The notes under the pieces: generated by a model
Told to the model about the DNA's origin: nothing
Seen by the model: the letters and a program-made list of their open reading frames with translations, nothing else
The model's database searches: none
Origin: Ginglymostoma cirratum
Taxonomy: Eukaryota
NCBI GenBank assembly: GCA_024137785.1
Contig: JAHRHZ010000069.1
Location: forward strand, 24,672,523 to 24,736,522
DNA length: 64,000 bases
Direction of reading: 5' to 3'
Made by a program: the position numbers and the translations under genes
Part shown: piece by piece, positions 40,601 to 54,356 of the stretch
Layout of the letters: each line of letters opens with the position of its first letter
How positions within the stretch are numbered: the stretch's first letter is position 1

Positions 40601-42424
40601 AATACAGTCCCATATTGTTGCCCCCTCATGAATACCGGGCTATAAATACAGTACTTTTTGCATGCTGGTGAGCATGCTATCTGAACTTCTCCAGGTATGC
40701 TTAATCGTTCTACGGATATAAACGTTTTTTTTTACTTTGTTTTCAGCACTGCCACCAATAATCTGAAAATCATTTTCCTATGTTATTTCTGCCTAGAATA
40801 CAGAAAAAAAGTGGCAAACGGCAGGTATTATAAAGAAATCTTAATCAAACAGATTATCTATTCGCAATTCCCCTTTATACTTTCTTTGCTGTTAAAATAC
40901 AAACTGGTAACTGTTCAGTGACTTTTATTAAATCAAGCAACCAGTTAACAACGAGCACCTCAAGAAACTGTTCGATGTTATGGTAAACAGAAACTTCACA
41001 AAACGCCATCTGTAGCGCCTCTCTTGTAATGGTAATTGATTGTAAGTAATTAATTCATACATACAGGAAAACGTGTCCCATTAAAACAAGCTTCGAACAC
41101 ACTTTTTACTCGATTGCATTAAAACAAATGGTTCATTATTCAATTTACACAAATCACCACTTAATTGCAGATGTTATTAAACACATGAACACATCCACTT
41201 CTTCACACAGAATCCAATTCCAAATAGGCACATTAGATGTTCCCTCCTATCAGCGCTGCTTCTGCATTGAGAATACAAGTAAATGATGCAGTAGACTTAG
41301 AGATGGCTATCCTACAAACTGGTAGTGTACTAATCCGCTAGTGAAACGTGCCAGTTAGTAGTCTTAGCTTCACTAAGTGATTTCAAAGCCTTCCAAGTAA
41401 AGTTATATGATTGGAAACTGTCATTTCCCTGGTTAGATTATGGATACTTTCATTTACACTATTTATACAGCACTATACAGCTGTTGTAACTTTATCAGAA
41501 AGTAAATTTTTTAATTTGTTGAAAATCGTTTACACCCATGAAGCATTAGAAAACTTAGTTTTTAAAATGCACTCAGAAAGAAGTCTAGTTATCCTACTCG
41601 AGCTGATTAATGTATCTGGTTCGCTTGGTACTTTAGCATGTACGGGTGATACTACATCGCCTCAGTATATTTTAGTAGTCTCCTTTTACTTTCCAAGATG
41701 TCTAATCTATGATATAGTTCGGCGATAGTTAAGGATAGAAATCGGGTCTTTGTTAACCATGGTAGATAATGTGAAATATTCACACCATTAGAAGTCATAC
41801 CACGACTTAATCTCTGCTTTAAATTGCTGGTTTTATCGGATTGGTTTGAACGTTCAATTTAAATAGTTTACAATAAAGTCAGTGTAACGACATGGAACTT
41901 TCAGGTGTTTTAGTGGTATTTTCCAAACAGGAATACTACACTGTACGCGAGTCTTACTCAGGTTTGATCTTTTACTAATTCGGTTAAAGTTCATCTGAGT
42001 AAAAATGTTCATCAATGTCGAATACCCATGTTCTTACTATTGCCAGTAAGTTTACGGCACCTTGCAAATTTGAAAGTGATTTTATTCCACTCAACTGATA
42101 TAGACTTGCTCAAAAAGAACAGTAAATTGCGTTATTCAGCTTTGATACTTTGATACGTCGCATAGAGCCCTGATAGTTCCTGGGGTTATCTCGAAAAGCC
42201 AGGTCACCCAACGCTATCGATTGCATTTAAGATAATGATTTTGAATCGAAAGGATTCATCCATGTACAAGCAGCAGAGCTCATGCTTTTGCCTGGGCAGA
42301 GATGGATTCCAGGTCTGGGCTTTGTCAGCTATTATTTTATTTCATAATACATTTAAAGGGAAAAATGCATAATTCGATATATTACTCAGAACGTTTACAT
42401 GAACAATTCTGTTTGCAAAGAATC

Positions 42425-42770
42425 TAGCATTTATTTGACAAGCATCGAGACGTCTCGAAGCAAAGTGCCCTCACTCTTGCAATGAAAGAATGCTGCAGCA
42501 TATTTGCACAGCAAAGGTCTACAAACGTCAATAGGATGATGAGCAAATAATCTCTTTCAGTGATGTTGAACACTGCGGTTAAATTTCCTGGGCTTCTTCT
42601 AAATAGTGTCATGGGATCTTTCACATCCACTGGAACAGGCAGGTCTGTCTGGCTTAAGTTTTCATCTGAAGGATTGCGCCTTCATCAGGACTGCAATGGA
42701 GTGTCAATTTCTTATTTGGGCACAAATGATGGAAAGGGATTTGAACCCCGAACTTGGTGAATGAGTTGCA
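42425..42770 (-). mobile_element. Deu-domain SINE
   Basis: Reverse complement of the Deu core (aatagtgtcatgggatctttcacatccac; tttgcacagcaa) and a B-box-like ggatttgaaccc. Confidence 0.8.
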
Positions 42771-43567
42771 GTGACTTGCCAATTCAATTGGACAAATTCA
42801 AGAATGTTTGAGTTTATAAACGGAAGCATTAATTGTAATTTTGGGACTTGGTGAGTTTTGCTGGAGACAGCTTTTGTACATCTCTCAGCAGTGGGGCGGC
42901 CCACTAGCATTAGTGGAAGCCTTGGCGCAAGTTTACAACACCCACAATCTCAACGAAGAAGAGTGACTTGAGCCGAGAGTTAGATCAGAAGAAACAAGAC
43001 AGATGGAATATGGCCTCTTTGGGTTTTGAGTTTAAAGTGTTAAATATCCTGCAATTGAGAACCAGAGTTATGTAAAAGAAATGTTGAAAGGTAATAAATG
43101 TTTGCTCATTCATTAAAATTGTGCCACGAGTGAGTTGGGAACCAATTTGCACTTAAGTATGTCTATCGAACAATTACTGTTAAGGTAATTTACATGACTG
43201 TTTAAATGTATGAGATACCAAAACCATTTGGACATGATGTCCCCTGTTTGGTGCTGACCAGTCCTTTTTTAAGACTCCTTATTGATAGGCAATAAGGCCA
43301 TCAAGTCAGCTCCCTCATATGACATACATCATGCTCAAAGATCTAAAACCGTGTTCCTATATATTCAACATTGAATGTGCTATTTACGAAAGCTATCATC
43401 CGTATGTACCATAGAAATAAGTATTCCCACAAATTAAAGTGCAAGCGTTGTTTTGCTATAAGGATCACGTTACTTTATGGTGGCGATTTCCTGAACATTT
43501 AGGACCGCACTATGCGTGCAAACTTGCTTTTTTGCAGCAGGTAAAAGTGGTAGTTAATAAACCATCT

Positions 43568-43960
43568 CAGAAGATGAAAATTAGGAATAGGAGTAAGCCG
43601 TTCAGCCCCTCAAATCTGCTCCCCCATTCAATAAGATCATGGCTGATCGGACATTGTTCACGCCCAATCTCCTGCCGTTTCCCCATAACTCTCGATTCTC
43701 CTATTGATCAAAAATCTATCTCAGCCTTAAATATACACAAGGACTCTATCCCCACAGCTCTCTGCAGCACGGAGTTTCAAAGACTCACAACGCTCTGGGA
43801 GAAGAATTTCCTCCTCATCTCGATGAATGAAACCAATTTAAGACTGAGATGAGGAGGAATTTCTTCTCCCAGAGGGTTGTGAGTCTTAGAAGCTCCTTGC
43901 TGCAGAGAGCTATGGGGACAGAGTCTTTATGCATATTTAAGACTAAGATAGGTAGATGCA
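43568..43960. mobile_element. CR1 3' fragment (minus) with an inverted partial copy (foldback)
   Basis: 43580-43821 is a reverse CR1 3' UTR. 43846-43952 is the reverse complement of 43715-43821. Confidence 0.9.
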
Positions 43961-46900
43961 TCAAAGACTGAAATATACTGTTTTGTGGAATTATCATTTA
44001 TGGATTTTCTTCGCCTCTAACAACATGCAATGCAGCAGCAATGGTCGTTTGCAAAGGAAACAATTTATCCCTAATCAAACCAATTTCAAACCCTAACTAG
44101 AAAGTATGAATTTACTTTGAAATTGTGCGTACTCCCTGGGTGCATCGTGTCAGGAATTACATAAACTGGATCAATGGAAGATTTATATTTTTGACAGGGT
44201 TTTTGTCCATTAAACAATTCTAGGGTAAGAAGCCTTTCTTTACAAGCTTGTGTGTTCACTTCTTATGCGACAACTCAGATGGGATCGTGCACACCACAAG
44301 ATTTCTTAAATTTTATCAGGGGATGAACCCGTCCAGAATCACACTTCTATCTCACTAAAATCCCAGGCTACCTCTCGCTGACTGTAAGCTAATCATTAAA
44401 TGTTTTCAACTGGTAAGCAATGGCATAACACTAATGATATATTGTGATATGTTAGAAAAGCTCATTTTAGAAAAGGTTGATCTGAATGTTGCTTCACTGA
44501 GGTAGTATCATTTTCTATAGTTGCGTACCGTACAGCACCACGTCTGGTTTCAAGGAGAGAGTCACAGCTATTCTCAACACCAAAAAAGACCCGCAGTCAA
44601 CATGAAATATATAAACCGATTCATTATCGGAAATAAATTTCGGATTAATGCTGTATGAATTGAATATCATTCATTGACTTGGAACTAGAAGTTGCGTGCG
44701 TTGAGATGTTATCTCTCGGTCAACCCTGAATCATCTTTCACATCAAAAATCTCAAGCCGCTTTTGCTTTTAGATAATTTGACGACAGGATATAATTTAGA
44801 ACATTTCCTATTGTAACTACTGATGAGATGTAACTTTATGTTGACACGTTTTCCTGTTGTTGCGAAACTTTAAATAGTCATCAGAATTTCCAAGTTCTCG
44901 AGCGTTCGATCATGTCGCCAAAACTTATCTGATTTCCTGTCCAGAATGAACTCGTGGGTTTAAGCACCTATTGGAATTGAGTTTGTGGAGGAGTTCGCTG
45001 ACTGGAACGTTCCGTACTGGAGACCAAGCATGGGAATTGTATCAGCGCGGATCATATGCAGTGCTGTCATTACCTTGATTTGTTTCTCTAATCTCTCTGC
45101 TGCTTGCCGTCACTTTACAGAACAACTTCCGGACGAGCAGCCTAGAGTTTGATCTCAGCCCTGCTGTTAAAGCTCAATTAACTCGGGTTGCGGATTCTCC
45201 AAACCCAAGGATTGAGAGCGAAATGTGCATCAGGCCAGCGCCGCAGAGTTCACACCCAAACAGGCTGCTCCTTACACGTGCCTGTTGACAGGTTCCTCGG
45301 AGTGAGGTTAGGTTGCCCATTTCTAAATAATTAGAAAATACAGAATCTGGGAAATATCTACCTCTAACATGAGTAAGCTTGCTAACTAGATCCTGTACAG
45401 TTCTTGCAAAACGAACTCGTTTTTCAAAGCAACTTCTGAGGTGAAATACTTATTTCTGAGCTTAAATATTCCTGTAATAAAGTGGTTGGCATGCTTTAAA
45501 AAGCTGGAAAATAGTTCATGTGCACCAGGTCTTAAATCTAAAACATCAAGTGCCCATTTCCATGTCGATATGCCATATTTAAGTTCGAGTTTGTTAACTT
45601 TCTGCACCGAAAGGCTAACTAAAATATTACATTGTCTTTCAAAATTCTGCATTGTAGAAAGAGAGCTGATCTATTATATATATATAGAATCAATACTATC
45701 ATTCTGGAGGCAAATGGAGAGAGTCCTCTCGATCACCAATGCATCAATTCAACTTGTGAAGACTACAATTATTCAATTGTCAATTAAAATGTTTTAATCT
45801 GCTTCCGTAGAGAGTTAACGGGCTGCAGGGTTCAGTGACAGTTCTTCATTGAAAGCACGGCAACATCTTTTTCAACAGAACACAAAGAAGCCATTGAACA
45901 TCAGAACCGATAACTCAATGAAGAGGACACTTCCTTTTCCTCACTTTGAACGTCAAGGAAACGTTCTATAGCCATTGACTATCCAAGGTGATAGTTTAAC
46001 AGATAAAAGTATCCTCATGTCAGAGACTGGGGTCGGTGATAACTAATTTTACAGCTTTTTTAATAGTACAAGAGGAAGGTAGATATAGATATATTAAAAT
46101 ATTATTTGCAACTCTAAATATTGCTTGAAATAGTTACAACTGCTCTTTATATCTGCAGGACAGAAGCGCCGTTTTCCACTTTACACCTATCAGAAGATGC
46201 ATTGCCTTGGTAGTCTTACATCATGATTGAAGTAATATAATTGTATCAGTAGATATTCAAATCATTGTATTCAGGTGTCACTGCATAAAAAAGTAAATAT
46301 TGAATTATCGATCAAAATCAATAAACTCCACCCCGTGTAATGAAGGACGATCTGTACCACGAAACCTTAACCCTACCCTTTTGTTTCAGATTCCCCGACA
46401 TCTGCATTGGAGTTCTTTCTGGTCTTTGTACTATCTGCCAGATCCAGTGACAGAACCCTGACCATTAGGCCACAAGTATTGAATGGAGGAGCGACTGAAA
46501 ACACATTGCTGTGTAATCTACTCCCGGTATTCGGAGTATGCAAGGAGAAAATTATACATTTTGAATTTCTCAAGTCATGGATATGTGTCCATACTTTCAA
46601 CAGCTTAACCAGGCGTCAGCACGGAATGAAGTGTTTAAAAAAATACATTCGTTTACACTTGGATTCGTTTACTTCATCCTTGGAGAATTTGTCAGGTTTC
46701 ATTTGGAATGCTCGTGGGAATTAAACAATTGATCATTGGGCAGGTACAGCGACCGTGTTCAACAACAACATTAAAACAGTGAAGGAGCGTTGTACACCGA
46801 CAAGGAGTTGCTGTGTAACCGAGAGCTGGTGTCAGTAAAATCTTGCGGGAAGGGTACATGAACCGCACCTGCTGCTCCCTGGTGCTAACAGACTGCGCTC

Positions 46901-48094
46901 AATGAGCTCACCTCTGTGCAATAGGATCAGAGAGAAACTCGCACACCTAGACCTAGAAGAAAAAGGTGGGGTGGGGGGGGGAGTGGTAACGCTTCCATAT
47001 GGCACAAATAAACCGCATTTCGAGCCTAAAAGGACACCCGTGAAACCTTATCAAAAAAAACTGATCAAATCATGCTATTAACTTGACTTCAATTATGTAA
47101 ATAACGTTAGAGGCAATATAAGACGACAGTGTTACATGGAGCGGGGCGTGGGGGGGGGGGGGGGAGAGATGTAAGACCATATTGGGGTCATGTGTAACAT
47201 CCCACGACTTTAAGAAATTTGAAACAATGGAAATGAAAAGGGTAGCCTAAAGAGTGTGAAGTTTGCAAATACCTTTGATGGATGAAGTATAATAATCGTT
47301 TGACTTTCCTACTGTTCTGAATCACACAGAATCGATTTCATACCACAGCATTGTATTATATAAGCTCCGCCTTCCAACTATAGCCAGCGCAAGAGACAGA
47401 AAATATTGACAAATAATAGCTAAGCTATTGAATGAAAAGGTCGCGAATTCCCACTGTTCCATCCAACCTAGCGTCGTCAACATTGATTGAATATTTAATA
47501 ATAATAGACGAGATGAAATAAGTTAGCCGTGGATGTCCTATTCCTTAAAGAAGTAAATACTGTAGAGACAAAAAAATGCTTACAATGTGTTCAAGATATT
47601 AACATTTACCTCGCATCTCGGGTCGTCAAAAATTCGAGATTATCCTAACCTTGAATTTTGACATTGTCCACATGAAGCAGCTTTGCGAGGGGGAACCCGC
47701 TTATTGACAGTGCTGAAGTTGTTTAATGAATTGACGATGTAAAACCATCGGCCCATGTAGCCTAACACGGTTCTTGGACAAACTGTAATTGGGATAGAGA
47801 GATTAATTAACATAATCTGACATAGGGGTGGGAGGTGGGGAGTGGTGGATTTTAGTTCAGAAACCGTGAGAGAATGCAATGCAGGTGTGAGTTTTGTAAA
47901 TCATGAACATTTTTATTATTGTTTCTCCAGTCGTACAATTTCTGGGAGACATGCTCTGGTACCTAAAGTTTTCAAATACTGACTTGTTTGCAATCATTCC
48001 CCTCGCCAACTCCCACACCACCCCCACCCCCACCAACGCAACTCAAACTCCACCCTTACCCCACGTACAGCCTTCAGAATGACGGTGTCACCCT

Positions 48095-48680
48095 CCGTTC
48101 AGTAAAAAGACTCCCGCTCCTGAGACATAAGGCCCTGTTTTCACGACCCACTCGGAGCACATGGTCTTGGTTGACACCTCAAAGCAGCACTGAGGCGCCA
48201 TTCCATTGAAGAGCAGTTACAGCGAAGGCCCATCTGCCATCACAAATAAGGATGAAATATTCTACTGTATTCACCAACATCTATCTCTCAGCTAACACTT
48301 AAAACATGCGATCTGATCATTCATCCCATTGCTGTTTGTTGTTGCTTTTGTGACATTACAACGGTGGACATGTTTAATTGGCAGGAACCACTTGGAGGCA
48401 TCCTGAATGGCGCTAGGAAGATTTTCTAATTAACCTGTTCAGAGATGTCATTACACTCCTCTGGCGCAAGTAAGACTTGAACTCAGGTTTCTAGGCTCAA
48501 AGATTGGAATACTGCCTTTGCGTCACAAGAGTCCACCATAGCAACCTATTTGAGATTGATTTTTAATAAAAAAAACTTTGATTATTAATTCAAATTCCAT
48601 CAGCTGGGCACAGTACCAATGTCTTCAGAGCATTAAACTGTATCTCTGATTACAATGCCAGTGACAATGTCATGTCTCTC
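48095..48680. mobile_element. Cluster of old SINE fragments: Deu-SINE (+, about 48095-48415), tRNA-like head (-, about 48440-48535), family X head (-, about 48540-48680)
   Basis: Deu core ccaacatctatctctcagctaacacttaaaa...gatcattcatcccattgctgtttg; reverse B-box gacttgaactc; reverse family X head attcaaattccatcagctg...cagagcatta...ccagtgaca. Confidence 0.6.
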
Positions 48681-51179
48681 CCTGAACGGCGCTCTGTAGA
48701 TTCAGGGTTCTTTTTATCACTGAATAACCGAACCCATTAAGGAACACAGCCATTACAGCCATTGTACGGTACAACAGAAGATTTGGACTTGTCAATAGGC
48801 CCACCTTCCAGTTTTCCCGATTTGATCCAAATATCCCCTAGCTAAACGACATGATCTTATCAGAATGAGACACCGTGTGCAACTACTCTTTCCTTAAACT
48901 AGTTATGTCTTTCTCCTCAATTCCAGTGTGTCTATTTGGACATTTACTCCAAAATTACCTAGTAACGATGCTGCTGAATTTGATCCCATTAGTGAGGGGA
49001 CCGTCCTTAAACACCTTTTTAATGGAGGCTCTGAAAAGGTGACAAAGTTTAAAAGGACACCATCGAAGTAACTAGATGGAATAACTTGTACCTCTATTCA
49101 TTCTTACAATTTAAATGGAATTATACAAAACATAAATCGTGAAACGGGTTTCATTGAGTACAACATTGCCCGTGTTGTGTTCTAAGATTCCTGTGGTCTT
49201 TTTCTGGCCCTTTTGCTGCTCTTTACCGGGACTAGTCTAATGCTCTGCAGGAATTTACAATTCTAATACAGAACAAACAACCCGCCCCTTAAATTAGTAC
49301 AACAGAAAGAGAAAAGGGTCAGACAGCATCGCTGATTAAACATTAACCCTTCGAGTGCTACTGCAACATTCCTACAATCACATTCCACAAGTTCTGTCTT
49401 TTGTGATTTTCGCCTGAAAATAGGAATGCATTCATTCCATTCCTTTTTCCTTGCGATTCGGTTTAATTGGGGTCTTTAAGAAATAATGATCTCCAAAACT
49501 GAGACCTGAAAACCTTGTATAATACAGAGACAGCGCCGCACCGCACACTATTATAAACCGCATTTAACGAAGCATTAATTTGAATGAGGATCTGTCAAAC
49601 CACAGAACCTGCAATACACACAGCTATAGCAAAAGTTAGCAGGAAGCGCACCACATCACAAATATAGGCATTACACTGTTTACAGGGCACGTAGTCTCAG
49701 TTTGCTTTATGTTCTCGGGAGAAGGTTTAAAAATCTAAGAAATGCCTCCACCCTGCAGTTCCTTTTCGGAGCCCGCTTTGCTTCTAATTATTTCAGTGGA
49801 GGACTTGCCCTGGTAATTACTGTAGAAAGCAAAATATACCCAATGCACTTTAAATCCCCAAATCGCTCTATTCACAATCGGCCACAGCCGGCAATATGAA
49901 ATAAGGCACAACATTGGGCAGACGGAATGTAAGAAGAACAAACATCCTCGTTTAGAGTTCAAAACACGAAAATATTCAAATGACCAAGAGGGAGTACAAG
50001 GCGCGCGATGGTCCGAAGATCATTTGTTAAGCTCTTTTCACGATCACTTTTGATGGTGTCTAGTTGTTTAGCCCTTTTTGGTGCAGCCTCAATCAATTCT
50101 GCGATAATAATTTGTTGTGCTTCTCAGGTGAAATCGTCTGCAAACAGGAGAATTAAAACGGCCCCAAATGAACAGGCACTTGGCCATTGTAGAGAGAACA
50201 CAGAACTTTTGGGAATGAATTCCAGAAACTTTCTAAAAAGGCTTGTTAAAAAGGAGTCTTTTCATTGCTCGCTTTTACCTCTGGCCAGGCGCAGTCTTTT
50301 TTCTTCGGTTCCTAATCCGCATCGTAACGCATTTTTTTCTCTAATAGAAAAAAAACACAAAACCGGGTTCCACGCGGTGCTTTAGTGGCTAAAATTGAAA
50401 GAGCCGCTTCACAAGGGCACAACAGTATGAATCGCTTTGGAAAATTGGCTGCTCTGAATAGGTGAAGGAGGAAAACGTTTAATCAGGTCCTGGGGAGATT
50501 CTGAGATTGCAATCTGCTATTGCCACAGGTGGAATCTGGACTTTCGCCCCTTAGATCCATAAATAGAGAGTGAGTACCGAATCAGAAAGAAATGTGTCCT
50601 TTTTATAACTTTTGTAAAATATGTACAGGTTTTAGATGTGTGCCGTATGACCACGTAGACAGAAGTACTCCTCAGGAAACCGACTACAAAATGTACTCAG
50701 TGCAGTACAGTATCTATACTTAAATCCGTGAGAATAATGAACACTTTTATCTTAGCGCAGTTATTTTTGTAACTTGCTCCAGGAATGTCTGCGTGTGTGT
50801 GTGTGTTGGGGGAGGGGTAAATTCCAAATTAATAAAAGACAATTGTTTTAGGATTGCTTTAGGCTTAAATTGTCCGTTGCAGGCATTATTGCGGTAGGGC
50901 CTCATTTCTTATTCATTCAAGACGTGATTTCTCCAGTCCGAGCCGGAGCTTGGCTAACGAGATGGAGTTCAAATGAATGTTGCATTATGTAAAAAAAATC
51001 TGGAACATTAGCCCTTCTATAAAGTGATGATAATGATTAATAGTGAGACTGCGGCAAACAGGGCTTTTTCTAACCATTTAAAACGCAGCCCATAAGCGAT
51101 GTAAACAGACTTAGCGATAGATTAAAGCATATTAAATGCACAATTATTTTTTCATACCCCCACAGCCACTTCGCCCACG

Positions 51180-51335
51180 AGCATTGTGGGTGCTGGTGGG
51201 AGATTGGAATGGGCTGATGCTATTTGGATGTCACCTTGCTAAGTGACTTCATGTGATGTCAGCTAAATGCAACAGACAGTGATCTCACACTGATGAGGAT
51301 GTGTGCTATCAAAATGTGACAGTATAGCCACACGC
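51180..51335 (+). promoter_or_regulatory. FEZF2: Probable FEZF2 proximal promoter
   Basis: Lies directly upstream of the putative exon 1. Reverse CCAAT (ATTGG 51203-51207), E-box CATGTG and a CRE-like TGATGTCA near 51251-51261, TATA-like GTATAG near 51322. The TSS is inferred only. Confidence 0.5.
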
Positions 51336-51418
51336 AGTCCTTGGATAATCTGCTCCGCTCTCTAGTAAATGTAGAACCCGTTAAGAATAGACGGTGGCGT
51401 CTGGCACATCACTCCTCA
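51335..51418 (+). other. FEZF2: Putative non-coding exon 1 of FEZF2 (start approximate)
   Basis: Strong donor CA|GTAAGT at 51419 and matching acceptor ttcctggaatgcag|G at 51664/51665, 49 nt before the ATG. Mammalian FEZF2 has a non-coding first exon. Confidence 0.55.
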
Positions 51419-51713
51419 GTAAGTTAGTAATCGGAATTTCCAGTATCAAACTGGTGACTTGTGCGTACAGTAAATCTTTTAAAATCTAGCAGCAAGATTT
51501 TCGCTGTCCTTGTAATTCGTTCTTTTGTGCTACTTAATGAGCATTAATCTGGTGCCCCTCGGTGCCATTGTTCATGGAGATGTTGATTTGAATGTAAATG
51601 GGTGACATGCCAAACGCAAGGTGCTTATTAAATTGATGTGTGTCTTGGCTTTCCTGGAATGCAGGGGAGATCAGAGCGGCTCTAGTCAGCGGCTGCTCAC
51701 ACCAAGTCCTGGG

Positions 51714-52523
51714 ATGGCAAGCTCTGGTCACTTGGAGACAGTTGTGTCCTGTCCCAGGCAGACGGCAAGGAATGGAACCTCCGCCACGACCTGCAATGGA
51801 GCTACCCCGAAGGCACTGGCCTTTTCCATCGAAAGGATCATGGCCAAAACCTCAGAACCAAGGAACCATACTGAACAAAGACAAAGCTTGGAGAAAGCCG
51901 AAGGCAAAAAGGTCGGGAAATTGTGTTCTCCTGTCCCGTGTATGCTTCCTATCCAACCATTCCCTTATGACTTGCAAGCTAAAGCTCTCTTGAACTATTC
52001 TGAGGTTTGGAAGACTAATCTGAGGGGGTCACTTTGTACTTCTGCGGCAATGTGTAAATCAAACTGTGGGATGTGCTGTAAAACTGATTTAACTTTAGGC
52101 CCTTCTATGATGACTGCGAACAGACTGATAAAACCTCAAGTCATAAACCAAACAGTCGCTATGCCTGCCAACGGTTCCCTTTATTATTTCAACTATCTGG
52201 ACACTACCTACCATCCTTCAGAGTTGCTTCGTGGACATCACATTTTCCCATCTCAAATCCTCGGTTCTCAGCCCCCAGCCTCGCTTTCTGCTCACCAGAA
52301 ACTTCTTTTGTTGGAGAATGCTAAATTTGCTAGCTTGGCCGCAGAGAAATATCCAACGCCACAATTTCCTCACAAAGAACGGATCCCAGGACAGCTGGAC
52401 CAAGTGATCAAAGAAAACAACAGCTTTCCAGTCGAAAAGAATGTAATTAAAAATCATCAAAAACTGAGTAACACCTCAAACGATGGCAAACCCAAAAACT
52501 TTACCTGTGAAGTGTGTGGAAAG
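51714..52523 (+). CDS. FEZF2: FEZF2 coding exon 1 (270 aa; eh1 repressor motif FSIERIM at 51822-51842)
   Basis: [11 protein letters not shown]...[16 protein letters not shown]...CSPVPCMLP...IKPQVINQ...[10 protein letters not shown]...[14 protein letters not shown]. These motifs fit FEZF2 rather than FEZF1. ATG context gggATGG; donor AAG|gtaacg at 52524. Confidence 0.97.
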
Positions 52524-52679
52524 GTAACGTGAAGATTAAAGCGCAAATCGACCACAACGTTTTGTTTTTCGCTGATAATGGATTCTGTTCTCATGAGAGA
52601 AAAAGACAAGACCAACATCAACTGTTTTGTTCCAAGACAAATTACATGTTCATTGTTTTTATTTTTCTTCCTTTTCCAG

Positions 52680-52814
52680 GTTTTTAACGCACATTATAAC
52701 TTAACACGCCACATGCCAGTTCACACTGGGGCCAGACCGTTTGTGTGCAAGGTCTGTGGGAAAGGTTTTCGACAGGCCAGTACCCTGTGCCGACATAAAA
52801 TAATCCATACACAG
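52680..52814 (+). CDS. FEZF2: FEZF2 coding exon 2 (zinc fingers 1-2)
   Basis: Acceptor ttttccag|G; [45 protein letters not shown]; donor CAG|gtacgt; 135 nt, phase 0. Confidence 0.97.
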
Positions 52815-53117
52815 GTACGTGCTCACGTCTTCCCTTATTATCCAGGATGTTTAACACTAAACAATATCCTAATTAGCTTATTAACCGTTTCATTTTCTGG
52901 TGTATGCTTTCAGTAATACATGAGAAATGACATACATACACTATCCAGATATTGTATGCGATCGTATTTAAATAACATCGGTTCGTGTTTGTTTGGAATT
53001 TTATTTTCCAAATCCCTGTGTGATTGTTCACATAATAATACTGTTTTGGGACTAAACTTTGCGCATGCCTTGTGCCTTTGCTGCATGTTTGTCCCAGTTC
53101 GTTTCATTTCTGCTTAA

Positions 53118-53318
<201 letters not shown>

Positions 53319-54099
53319 TAGCGTCTACTTAATTGGAATTAGTCTTCACACGAGTAGCTATTTGGCTCCGTGCATCCATCATATTTAACCCCTAGGTTGA
53401 TCGAAAGTCTTCCCAGTGCCTGCTACAAATGGGTGTCCCTTTTCGGGAAAACGTTGATATGTATCTAAATTAATATAACAGGCATGGTTCCATTCTGCCT
53501 CTACTTTCTAGTTTAATTTACTTTATTTAAAATTTAATAACATTAATTCGGTTAGCCTGACTAATTCCATTGAGAGACACCGTCATATTATGCATACCAC
53601 CGAACTATAGAAGAAATTAGAACGATAGAACAGGGGACTATATGCATTGTTAGATACTCGTGCACTCGTCATAAAAGCCGAGTTAGTATTCCTTATTTAC
53701 AATGAAAATCATCGGAAGGAACGGTGCCATCAAAAAGCATTTTTCTGCAGCATGGCTCGGGTAAAGCTGCCAGGCTGAATCCAACCTATTTCAAATCAGT
53801 CGTGCCATTTTGAACTAACCCTCTTCTAATACGGCTCCTTAATTTGGGTTGTGGGTCAGAAGCTTGACCTCTATCTAATTCCTAATCTGACAGTTTTATG
53901 CAGTCCTCTGTTGATTGAGACAAAGTTTGACAACTTCTTGACTCCCATACGGGCAGACTAACACAAGACTGCTTAATGAAGCTTTGCTTCTTCTTAACAT
54001 AGAAATTCCCTCATCTGAAATTAACTTAATTGTGAACTCCTGACCCTGGTGGAGGAAAAGACTTTCACTAACTTCGAGTTTCTTTATCTTTTCCGCTAG

Positions 54100-54356
54100 G
54101 AAACTACAAGAATCACAAACTGACTCACAGCGGAGAAAAACAGTTTAAATGTAATATCTGCAACAAAGCATTCCATCAGGTGTACAATTTAACGTTTCAT
54201 ATGCATACTCACAACGACAAAAAGCCTTTCACTTGCGGCGCTTGTGGGAAAGGATTTTGCAGGAACTTTGATTTGAAGAAGCATATAAGGAAATTACACG
54301 ACGGTAATTCCGCCACAGCCCCAGCGAACGAACGTTCAAGGGTGGGGCAAAGTTAG
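54100..54356 (+). CDS. FEZF2: FEZF2 last coding exon (end of finger 4, fingers 5-6, stop)
   Basis: Acceptor ttttccgctag|GA; (G)[84 protein letters not shown]. Total CDS is 810+135+133+257=1335 nt, giving 444 aa. Confidence 0.96.

Noticed and set aside
51621-51713. 31-aa N-terminal extension of FEZF2 in the ORF track
   Set aside because: It starts at a GTG inside the putative intron, upstream of the acceptor at 51664. Homology begins at the ATG at 51714.
52578-52916. 112-aa stand-alone zinc-finger ORF
   Set aside because: It is FEZF2 coding exon 2 read through into the flanking introns.
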